A DNA stretch of 64,000 bases from IMG/VR virus record IMGVR_UViG_3300045391_006539; one strand, 5' to 3'. The notes beneath the pieces are model-generated. The model did not search any database. It was not told the DNA's origin and worked only from the letters and a program-made list of their open reading frames with translations. Below, in pieces: positions 55,190 through 64,000 of the stretch; within the stretch, counting starts at the first letter, position 1, and each line of letters begins with the position of its first letter. This stretch comes from a virus. Its lineage: Duplodnaviria; Caudoviricetes. The translations under genes were made by a program, and so were the position numbers.

Positions 55190-55989
55190 TACATGACTAT
55201 CCCTCCCGTCCGAAGCCGCGGTGTCTACACCCTAAATGGCGAGAAGCTGCCCAATAGTACGCTCGAGCGCATTCGAACCCATGCGCAGGAGTACGAGGAA
55301 CGTCTGCGGCTTCTGCGGCTCGAGCACACGTTCAAGGTCAACACCATCGCCACCGAGATGCTCGAGGTCTACAAGGACTATGTGGGTCTACTCGAGAATC
55401 GAGTCCAGGAGCTCGAGGCTCAGCTCGCAAGGTCAGGGAGGTGGGTGCCGCCCGTTTCTGGGTCTACGAGTCCACCCGAATTGATGAGAAGGAGCCGCGC
55501 CAATGAATCTGTGGCACACGAAGGAGGAGGAACCGGAGCGAATGCTGAGTCTGAACCAGGCCGTGCAGATGCTGGCGAAGCCCAAGCCGAACAAGCTCCT
55601 GCAGGAGACCGTCCAGGTTCTGAAGGAGGACCTGAGGGAGGTGGTGGCGGAGAGGGACGCACTGCGCCAGAAGGCGCTGAGTCACGATAAGCTGGTGGCG
55701 CAGCTCACACGCGAACGGCAGGCTGCCTACGCGAACAATGACGCCCTCATCGAGGCCGTGTTCCTGCTCGCGGAGTGCGTCACCAACGACAACTATGAGG
55801 GCAGGACGTGTCGAGAACGCGTCCGGAAGTTGCTCGAAGCCCAGGGCATTCCGCCGCCATCTACGCTCGGTAGTTCGAGAAATCGACCCAAGAGGGGCAA
55901 GCGACTGCCGCCAACGCCGGAATCTACTTGACGACTAGTTCTCGGGTGACCATGGTAGTTCCCGACGCTTCCCTCAGGAGCACTCTACA

Positions 55990-56041
55990 CGGCCCGGTCG
56001 CTCAATCCCTGAAGGCGACCGGGTCGAACGCTTTTTAGCCC
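55990..56041 (+). terminator. Terminator hairpin followed by TTTTTAGCCC
   Basis: GGCCCGGTCGC/GCGACCGGGTC stem then a U-tract. Confidence 0.7.
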
Positions 56042-56068
56042 TGAATTCGGGTTGCTAGACTGGGGCTC

Positions 56069-56722
56069 GTGGCCGTCGATTTTCAGACCATCTCGCCGCA
56101 GGAGCTCGTTCAGCTCAACCAGGTTCGGGTTCTGCCCGGTCCGCCGCGCTCCGTGCTGGTGCTGGGCGAGGACTTCCGCTCCGTCGACGAGGTGCTCATC
56201 AACCAGGTGCCGTCCCCGGACGTGGTCGTCCTCGACAAGAACCGGCTGATGGCGCAGGTCCCAGCCTTCGGCCAGCTCGACCGGGTGCACACGGTGCAGG
56301 TCCTGTCCAAGAAGTTGGTGCTCTCCGAGCGCAGCCAGCTCAAGGTGCGGATTGGTCGTACCCCGGGGCGGGTGACGGGCATCCTGCGCCTCATGCAGCT
56401 CTTCATCAAGCTGCTCTTCACCACTCCGGGCCGGGACATCTTCAGCCCCCGCCTCGGCGGCGGCGCGCTGAAGAACGTGGGCGCCACCTTTGGCTCGAGT
56501 CAGGGCGGTGACATCGTCAACGACTTCGTCATCGCGGTCGACAACACCAGCCGGCAAATCATCGCCATTCAGGGGCGTGACCCGTCCATCCCACGCGATG
56601 AGCGTCTGCTCGGAGCGCGCGTGCTCAAGGCCCAGTTCAACAAGGGCATGGGCGGCATCGATGCCGTCATCCAGCTCACCAGTCAGGCGGGCAAGGAAGC
56701 GACGACGACCGTGGGTTTATGA
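56069..56722 (+). CDS. Baseplate wedge gp25/GpW-like protein with N-terminal Ig-like domain
   Basis: GILRLMQLFIKLLFTTPGRDIFSPRLGGG gp25-like motif; lies near the baseplate J-like gene. Confidence 0.6.
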   Translation: MAVDFQTISPQELVQLNQVRVLPGPPRSVLVLGEDFRSVDEVLINQVPSPDVVVLDKNRLMAQVPAFGQLDRVHTVQVLSKKLVLSERSQLKVRIGRTPGRVTGILRLMQLFIKLLFTTPGRDIFSPRLGGGALKNVGATFGSSQGGDIVNDFVIAVDNTSRQIIAIQGRDPSIPRDERLLGARVLKAQFNKGMGGIDAVIQLTSQAGKEATTTVGL

Positions 56723-57800
56723 GGGGCTAGAGAAAGACCTTTCGTGGTCTTTCCGGGACTCAGTCCCGTGTGCTCGCGTTCACGGCGGCTTCGACTGCGT
56801 CCCAGCCATCGAGGATGCGTTCGATGGCCTCGTCGAGTTTCTTCTCCTCCTCGACGAAGGCGCCGAGATGTGGGGCAGCTGCTGCACGCTTGTCGTCGTT
56901 CTTGAGTCGAAGACTGTAGCGCATGCGGGCGAGCGCCACGGCGCCGCGCGCCCGCATCAGCGCGCGGATGGCTTCGTCCATCTCTTCGTTCATCGTCCCT
57001 CCTTCTTTCGTTTGATTTCTTCTTGCCAGTCCATGAACGTCTTGATGTCCAGTGCGATGCTTCGGAAGTCTTGCTTGAAGCTCGAGGTGGAGAGCTGGTC
57101 ATCACGCTCGAGGCTGTAGAGCATCAGGTTGAGCGCATCTAGCTTCTCCTTCGTCCTATCCATTGCCGCTTTCTGCTCCACAGTGTAGTCCGGGCTCAGC
57201 TTCTCGGCAGCGAGGCGAATGAAAAGCCGTGTGTTGGTGCGACGGGCGGCGAGCAGTGCCTCGTTTTCGAGCACTGGTCCGTTGTTGTCAGACACCGAAG
57301 ACTCCGAAGACGTGCAAGCCAGTAGCGACTGCACAGAGCACGAGCGTGACGAATGCGTGGTATTTGAGGCTGTTTTTGTCCATGTCAGACGGCCTTTTCG
57401 AGGTGCATGGTGGAGCGCACGGCATTTACCGGTGCACCTTCCGGGAATGTGTCGAGGGTTGCCGAGACCTTGACGAGGTCGTTGATGATGAGCTCCCTCG
57501 ACGATTCGTCGTTCTGTAGGTCCTCGTCTGTCTCGAAGAGGAAGATGAGCTCGGCGGTGCCGCCGAGGAAGGTCAGGCAGTCCTCGCGAAGTTTCTTTTG
57601 CTTGTCCGTCAGGGTGAGGCGCCGAGCGCGTTGGATGCGGGTGAAGAGGCGAGCGATTTCCTCGCGAGCGGTGGTGAGTGTGATTGTCTTGTTGATGATG
57701 AGCATGTAGTTGTCCTTCTTTCCATCTCTGTTATTCCCGAATCGGGCATGGAATTGAGGGACTAGAGAAGAGCACCCAGGGATGGTGCTCTTCAGGACCG

Positions 57801-58394
57801 TCAGTTCGGGAGGTTGCGGACCTCCTTGGTGTAGCGGTGCAGGGAAAGTGTCTGTCCAGCTGCAGAGGCCTGAGCTCGTAATGGTTGGGCGAGCTCTGCT
57901 TTCTCTGCCTCTAGTCGGCTGAGGCGCTCTTCCATCTTGGCGTTCTGTTCCTCGAGCTTGTCGTAGTGAATCTTGAGCGCCATGTATTCCTCACGACTGA
58001 CCATGCTCTCACGAGTCTGCTGGATGATGAATGCGAAGTAGGACTGGTTCAGGTTGATGGCTTGTTCGCTTTGCACGTGTGCTGAGAGATAGAGAAAGTC
58101 AGCATCTGTTAGCAGACGCACGTCGGACCTGGTGTATTTGAGACCTAGTGCCTCTTTGAGGTCCTTGAGGAAATTGGGGGACATTTTGTCTCTCAATTTC
58201 GTAGAGGGACAAGATGTCCCTGTTGCCCACTTCGAGAGCCCGGCGGCATGCCGAGTTACTTGTCTTCTCAACGTCTGCTCAGAGCAACCGAGTGCTCCCG
58301 CTGCTCCCTTCATCGCTATGAGCCGTGTTCCCTCGTCGAGCTTGGCCATGGGAAGGGGAATCCCACTCGGTAGTGTCCAAACGATGCGGTCCAT
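57801..58394 (-). CDS. Antirepressor-like DNA-binding protein (N-terminal HTH, C-terminal coiled coil)
   Basis: MKGAAGALGCSEQTLRRQVTRH HTH-like segment and a C-terminal heptad repeat. Confidence 0.45.
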   Translation of the reverse strand: MDRIVWTLPSGIPLPMAKLDEGTRLIAMKGAAGALGCSEQTLRRQVTRHAAGLSKWATGTSCPSTKLRDKMSPNFLKDLKEALGLKYTRSDVRLLTDADFLYLSAHVQSEQAINLNQSYFAFIIQQTRESMVSREEYMALKIHYDKLEEQNAKMEERLSRLEAEKAELAQPLRAQASAAGQTLSLHRYTKEVRNLPN

Positions 58395-58772
58395 CAGTTG
58401 ACCTTCTCTTTCTCTATCTCTGCTAGGGCAGTGAGTTCCACCTTCTGAAGTTCTGATAGCCTGGCGTTTCCTTCAATCTCATTTACGTCTCCTCCCTCGG
58501 ACCATGTACTTGTTCCTTCCATTGGCTTGCCATGTACCTTCTCGTACATGGTGCGCATGAAGTGCTTGGCTTCCTCCCTGTTCTTGAATCGAAGAACATC
58601 CTCTGGATGCTCTCGTAGTCGCTTCTTCACCTTCTCCACTTTCTTCCTGAAGCTTCTATCTATCCGCTTTGTGAGACTTCCCATTGCTGTTTACCTATCT
58701 CTGGGCGTGTGTTCCCATCGTGGTAGTTATCCCTGTAATCGCCCTCCTTTCGCGTCTGGGTAGAATGGGCCA

Positions 58773-61700
58773 ATGGCGCTCAGGGACCTGGAAGCATTCC
58801 TCCGACAACGTGCTGCTGTCTTCGACCCCAATCTGGACACCAATCCCGGTAGTCCCTTCGATACTTCCGTCATCCAGCCCCTGCTGCGGCGGATAGGCCC
58901 AGACCCGTTCAGCGTGGACATGACGACGTTCCTCGCCGAGCGGCTGCGTCAGGCCTATCCCGACATGGCGCTTGGGGATGGCGACGCCATCACGGACTTG
59001 CTGGTGAAGCCGGCGACGCTGCTCTGGGACCCCATCGTGCGCGAGGTGGCCCGCATCAAGCGCGGGCAGTCCTTCCGAGACCCCAACAGCCTCACCGAGG
59101 ACGATGCCGAGGCGCTCGCTGCGAACCTCTTCGCCGAGCGCGCCAAGGGGTCACTCGCTCGGGGCACGGCGCGGCTCTACTTCGCGCAGGCGCAGAACGT
59201 CTCGCTGTCTCCCGTCAACTTCGTCACCAGTCGCAGCGGCCTGCACTTCTTCCCCACGGAGACCCAGGGCATCCGCGTCGAGGAGATGCTGCAGAACGTC
59301 GACGACAACAACCTCTTCTACTTCGACGTCACCGTCGTCGCCGAGAATCCGGGCGCGGACTACAACATCGGTCCCGACGAGCTCGTCTCCATCGCCAACG
59401 TGGACTCGGCAGTCCAGGTCAAGAACATCCGCAAGTTCGACAGCGGCGACGATGCAGCGACGGCGGCCGAGTTCATCGACAAGACTCGCCAGGAACTCAC
59501 CGAGCGGAGCCTGGTCACCATTCGGGGCATCGCGGCCAAGGTGACGGCGAGCTTCCCCGAGGTCACGCGTCTCAATGTCGTCGGTTTCAACGACCCCGAG
59601 ATGCAGCGCGACGTGCTCACGGGCGGCGGCCTCGGCCCGGCGCTGGTCGCGGGTACGCAGGGCGCCACCATCAGCGACCTCGTGGGCTCGACCTTCACTC
59701 GGCGCTTCCAGGTGTCCGACACCGTGGACTTCACCGTCACCGTGGGTCCGACGGGGGTCGACCCCGAGGGTTTCGTGCTCGAGGTCTTCGGCGCTTTTGG
59801 TCCGAGCACGCCCGTGCGCGAGCTCGCCGTCACCCGGGTCGTCTCGAGCACCACGCTCGAGGTCGAGACCCAGGAGATGATTCATGGTCTGACCAACTTG
59901 CGTTGGAGCGTGCGCCGGCGTGTGTTGACGCTGAGCGGCATCCCGGGCGGCATCCTCTTTCCCGATGGCCCCCTCGGCACCGTGGACGTCGAGAGCGACC
60001 GGGTGCACATTGGTGGCTGCACCGACGTCTATGTGCGTGGGCAGAGCTTCGACGAGGCGAGCCTCGTCATCGACAATCTGACCGACGACGCCCCTGAGCT
60101 CTCGGGGCTGGCTGCCGAGTTCGACTCTGTGGACGACACGGCGGTGACGCTCGGCGAGCTGGTGCTCGGCACGGACTACGTCATTGGAGACGCGACCTAC
60201 GAGCTCTTGTCGCGCGCGGGGCGCGACGCACTCAGCCTGCAGGTGCTCGAGGGGCCCAACGCGGCGCTCTACCGCATCCTCTCGGTGGACCAGAGTGGGG
60301 CATCCCCCGTGCTCACGGTCACGCCGGTGGTGGGCACCCCGGGCGCGGCCGCGGCGCGCTGGCGGCTCTTCGACGCCATCGACGTGGCGCTCTATGACGT
60401 GAAAGAGACTCGGGTTTCCGGTGACGACCTCATCACCGCTCAGAACTCGAACGTGGTCTCGACGGCGAGCGGGGTCGACTTCGACGCGCTCGGGGTCGCT
60501 GGCGGCGACGTGGTGCGGGTGCTCGAGGGACCCGACGCCGGCGACTACCGGGTCACCGAGGCGCCGCTCGCGCCCGGCTTCACGCAGTTGCGGGTGGACG
60601 CCACCTTCAAGAGCTCCCAGAGCGCCCTGTCCTACACCGTGTTCCGGGCCAACGAGGCCGGTGACGTGGTGATGCCGCTCGTGCGCATCCGCTCGGTGGA
60701 GCTCCTCGACAGCTCGAGCCAGCCGCTCGGCACCCTCGTCCCCTACGCGCGCCCGGTGGACGTGCAGAGCCGCGCCTTCCAGAACTCGGCCCGGGGCATC
60801 AAGCACGACGTCACCGACGCCATCCTCGGCATCGTGAGCCAGGCAGCCACGACGTTTGCCGTGGGCGGCCTTCAGCTGCTCTTGCAGCATGTGGGCGGGA
60901 CCCTCACTGTCAACTTCTCGGTCGGCCCGAACCTCAGCCTGTCTACGGTCATCGCCGAAATCAACGCGGCGGCCGAAGTCATCAGCGAGGCCCAGGTGGC
61001 GCTGCAGGTGGGCTCAGACCGCTTCGGCATCCGCCCCTTCGGGCAGGGTGGGGTGGTAACGGCAACGGGCTCTGCGGCGGCGCTGGTGGCCCTGTTCGGC
61101 AACAACGACGTGCGCTCGACCCGGGACATCCGCAGCGCGACCATCGACCAATGGGCGAGCGCCGAGCCGGCCATCGACCTCGAGACCGGTCTCGACGTGG
61201 TGCAGCTGCTCGACGGCCACCAGGTCGGACCAGTCCCCGGCCCCTACGTGCTCGGCACGCCGCGCGCGCTGCGCGTCGAGGAGACCCGGGTCTTCTCACC
61301 GGAGGCGGGGGTGCACCTGCAGGTCGGCGCGCGCTCCATCGGCTCGGCCCGGGTCTTCTTCCTCGACCCCACCTCCTTCGAGGTGCGCTCGGGGGAGACC
61401 TTCTTCGAGCTCGAGACCGGGAGTGGCACCCTGCGCTTCACCCCCGACCCGACCCTTTCGAGTCAGCGCATCCCGGCGCCGCCGGGTGGCGACAAGCCCA
61501 TGGACGGCGAGAGCGCCGATGGCGGCTCGGTCTTCGAGAGCGTGAGCCAGGACTTCATCCTCTCTGCCATTCAGCCCGGCGACGAGCTCGTCATCGACTA
61601 CCACCCCATCGCGGGTGACCAGGCCCTCTCGGACCCCATGCCCAACGTGGCGGGGACGACGCTCATCTTCTCGGTCGATGGTAGTCCCGACAAGACCCTG

Positions 61701-62768
61701 ACCTTCTTGCGCGACGACGTGACGCTGGAGCCAGACGAGGTCACGCGCCAAGGCATCGTCGACCAAATCAACGCCGCTGCCGGCGTCGACATCGCGCAGA
61801 TTACGAGCAGCAACACCCTCGAGTTCGAGGCGGACGCAGCCATCGTCATTCGCGGCACGGGCACGGCCAATGCCGTCATCCTGGACGGACTCGACGGCAC
61901 GGCGCTCTCGTTCGTCGGCTTCGACCAGCGCAACACTGCGCCGCATGCGGGTACGTACGTCATCGCCAGCGTCGACCAAGACGAGCTCGGTATCGAAGGC
62001 AGCTTCTCCGTCACGGGTGGTCCCTACACGAGCCCCTACACCCGCCAGCAGTTCAAGGTCTACCGCACCGGCGTCCAGCGCATCAGCACGAGCGCCATGG
62101 CGAAGAACACGGCAGAGGCGGGTCTCTACTACTTCGACGTCGAGCTCGTGAGCGAAGGCACCGGGGACCAGTATAACATCGACGCCAGCGAGCAGCTCAC
62201 GGTGAGCGGCTATCGCTCGGACGGTTACTATCTCACGACCGAGGACGAGAACCTCACCTTCAGTGTGCTCGAACGCCCGCGCATGGTCATCAGCAAGACC
62301 GTCCTCGAAGATGGTGTGGATGACGACCCCGTCAATGCGAGGACCCTCACGGGTGAGAACATCCTCATCACCTACGACCGGAGCTCGCTGGTCGAGGACG
62401 TGCACAACTTCATCTCCAGCGAGACGGAGCGGGTGACGAACAACTCGCCGCTCGGTCGTCACCTCATTCCGCACTTCGTGCGCTTCGACTTGACCTACAC
62501 GGGCGGCTCGAAGGAGGACGTGGTCGTCCCGGACGTCGAGGACTACCTCATCAAGCTGGCGCCGGTGGAGGCCTTCGAATCGAGCGACATCCAGAAGATT
62601 GTGAGCGACCGGGGCGCCACTAGCATCGAGAATCCCATCGACCTCATCGCTTTGGTGCATGGCGTCGACCGCAGCATTCAGGTGGCTCGCTCCCAGAATC
62701 GATTGACGACGGGCAGGCTGGCTGCTTTCATCCCCGATGTGCTGAACATCAAGCGGAACATCACGTGA
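58773..62768 (+). CDS. Baseplate J-like large structural protein (1331 aa)
   Basis: N-terminal J-like region (GDAITDLLVKP ... ALAANLF.ER..G..ARGTARLYF ... VVAENPGADYNIGP), followed by repeated beta modules. Confidence 0.75.
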   Translation: MALRDLEAFLRQRAAVFDPNLDTNPGSPFDTSVIQPLLRRIGPDPFSVDMTTFLAERLRQAYPDMALGDGDAITDLLVKPATLLWDPIVREVARIKRGQSFRDPNSLTEDDAEALAANLFAERAKGSLARGTARLYFAQAQNVSLSPVNFVTSRSGLHFFPTETQGIRVEEMLQNVDDNNLFYFDVTVVAENPGADYNIGPDELVSIANVDSAVQVKNIRKFDSGDDAATAAEFIDKTRQELTERSLVTIRGIAAKVTASFPEVTRLNVVGFNDPEMQRDVLTGGGLGPALVAGTQGATISDLVGSTFTRRFQVSDTVDFTVTVGPTGVDPEGFVLEVFGAFGPSTPVRELAVTRVVSSTTLEVETQEMIHGLTNLRWSVRRRVLTLSGIPGGILFPDGPLGTVDVESDRVHIGGCTDVYVRGQSFDEASLVIDNLTDDAPELSGLAAEFDSVDDTAVTLGELVLGTDYVIGDATYELLSRAGRDALSLQVLEGPNAALYRILSVDQSGASPVLTVTPVVGTPGAAAARWRLFDAIDVALYDVKETRVSGDDLITAQNSNVVSTASGVDFDALGVAGGDVVRVLEGPDAGDYRVTEAPLAPGFTQLRVDATFKSSQSALSYTVFRANEAGDVVMPLVRIRSVELLDSSSQPLGTLVPYARPVDVQSRAFQNSARGIKHDVTDAILGIVSQAATTFAVGGLQLLLQHVGGTLTVNFSVGPNLSLSTVIAEINAAAEVISEAQVALQVGSDRFGIRPFGQGGVVTATGSAAALVALFGNNDVRSTRDIRSATIDQWASAEPAIDLETGLDVVQLLDGHQVGPVPGPYVLGTPRALRVEETRVFSPEAGVHLQVGARSIGSARVFFLDPTSFEVRSGETFFELETGSGTLRFTPDPTLSSQRIPAPPGGDKPMDGESADGGSVFESVSQDFILSAIQPGDELVIDYHPIAGDQALSDPMPNVAGTTLIFSVDGSPDKTLTFLRDDVTLEPDEVTRQGIVDQINAAAGVDIAQITSSNTLEFEADAAIVIRGTGTANAVILDGLDGTALSFVGFDQRNTAPHAGTYVIASVDQDELGIEGSFSVTGGPYTSPYTRQQFKVYRTGVQRISTSAMAKNTAEAGLYYFDVELVSEGTGDQYNIDASEQLTVSGYRSDGYYLTTEDENLTFSVLERPRMVISKTVLEDGVDDDPVNARTLTGENILITYDRSSLVEDVHNFISSETERVTNNSPLGRHLIPHFVRFDLTYTGGSKEDVVVPDVEDYLIKLAPVEAFESSDIQKIVSDRGATSIENPIDLIALVHGVDRSIQVARSQNRLTTGRLAAFIPDVLNIKRNIT

Positions 62769-63127
62769 GTTATCGTAAAATCATCTGTGTCGACTTCGAT
62801 GGTGTTCTACACAGCTACAAGAGCGGCTGGAAGGGAGTCGACGTCGTCGCAGACCCACCGGTCGAGGGCGCGCTCGCCTGGCTGAGCCAGCTCTGCAACG
62901 ACCCCGACCTGCAGGTGATGGTCTACTCCTCGCGCTCGAAGGCAGCGAGTGGCATCTACGCCATGCAGCGCTGGCTCGAGAAGTATGGCTTTGACTCCAC
63001 CCGTGTGGAGTTCCCGACGGAGAAGCCAGTGGCCTTCCTCACCATCGACGACCGGGCTTGGCTCTTCACCGGGACGTTTCCAGCTCTCGAGGAGATTCAC
63101 TCCTTCAAGAGTTGGGTGAGTCGCTGA
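62765..63127 (+). CDS. HAD-superfamily phosphatase (polynucleotide/nucleotide phosphatase-like)
   Basis: ICVDFDGVLH (DxD), VYSSR, EKP...IDDRA. Confidence 0.85.
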   Translation: MSYRKIICVDFDGVLHSYKSGWKGVDVVADPPVEGALAWLSQLCNDPDLQVMVYSSRSKAASGIYAMQRWLEKYGFDSTRVEFPTEKPVAFLTIDDRAWLFTGTFPALEEIHSFKSWVSR

Positions 63128-64000
63128 AGCGGCGCATCTTGTCCACGGTGGTCTTTTCGTCCTCGGGCTCGATGCGCATGGCCACGCGCAGGAACTCGTT
63201 CCAGTCGGTCGAGTCGACGCGCAGCGTTCCTTCATAACTGCCGTACTTCACGGTCAGTGTCGTTCGAGTCTCGGCATCGGGTCGGAAGAGGACGGTCTCT
63301 CCATCCTTCCTGATGCTTTGAAAACCACGACTCACTTCGACTTTGACGATGGCGAGATTGAGGATGTCGTCCATGGCTGTCCTTTCGGTAGTTGGTGGTC
63401 ATCTTTACACATGACCTTGATTTAGTTGGCTAGTGAGAACCGCGGGGTTGCCCCCGCTCCCTTCCTAGCTTTCGCTGCGCTATCGCCCTACCCAAGTTCT
63501 CTCAACATGGTTATCCCCTAAAGTTATGGGAATTTGCAGCTAAAAGTAGAGGGGTGGTGATACTCCCCCTCTACTCATGTTCATGCTGCTTCTGCGTAAT
63601 CGTAGTCGTTTGCTGCCTGGCGTCGACCACCACGTCTATCACGGCTTGAGTATTCTTCCTCACGCGCTTGTGACTTCTTATCTTTGCCCGTGACCCAATC
63701 CCAAGCAGCGTCCGCGGCTGCTTTTATGAGAATGTCCCAGGCAGCCTTTGCAACTTTCTTGGCTACCGACCCGAGAAAGCCCCAAGCTGCTTTTGCCCAA
63801 CTCATCTTTCTTTTCTCCTCGTTTGTTTCCCTCAGGAGAGTTATCCCGGCGGAGCTTCAGTAATTGCCGACCATCTTCCTTCCGGGTTGGATGATGGGGC
63901 TCGACTCGACCTGCATCTTCCCAGCATTGCCGCTCTCCAGCACCATGCGGGTATGAGGTTCGACGAGGTAGCCACAGTTGCCACAACGCAAGAGACTGCG

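Noticed and set aside
1-64000. Alternative genetic code (stop-codon recoding)
   Set aside because: Recognisable genes are intact under the standard code, and TAG, TGA and TAA all terminate genes at expected positions.

Overview
This is a 64-kb segment of a large, GC-rich (~60%) tailed dsDNA phage, probably myovirus-like because it carries baseplate J-like and gp25-like genes. The host cannot be determined from this window. Virion genes (collagen/Gly-rich fibres, large baseplate-type proteins) lie at 1-10.4 kb and 56-62.8 kb. Between them are ~45 kb of densely packed small accessory ORFs, including an AAA+ ATPase, GT2-TPR glycosyltransferase, PTH2-like hydrolase, two MazG-like pyrophosphatases, dCTP deaminase and CHAP amidase; a HAD phosphatase follows the baseplate gene. 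The highlights are two separate, compact, apparently nuclease-free RNA-guided systems. (1) A stand-alone Cas7/RAMP-like gene (11394-12068, -) is followed by a ~1-kb non-CRISPR array with strict 5-nt periodicity ([NN-GGY]n units closed by GGTTC), resembling the recently reported VIPR systems. (2) A Nop-domain/IS110-related Tas-like gene (46642-47778, -) is followed by an ~18-unit, 36-nt dual-repeat TIGR array. The window also has three tRNA-shaped RNAs whose anticodon arms are all aberrant, several highly structured intergenic ncRNA candidates, recurring phage promoter and terminator motifs, a candidate AT-rich origin and apparent near-total GATC avoidance. All family assignments come from motif recognition by eye; no searches were run.
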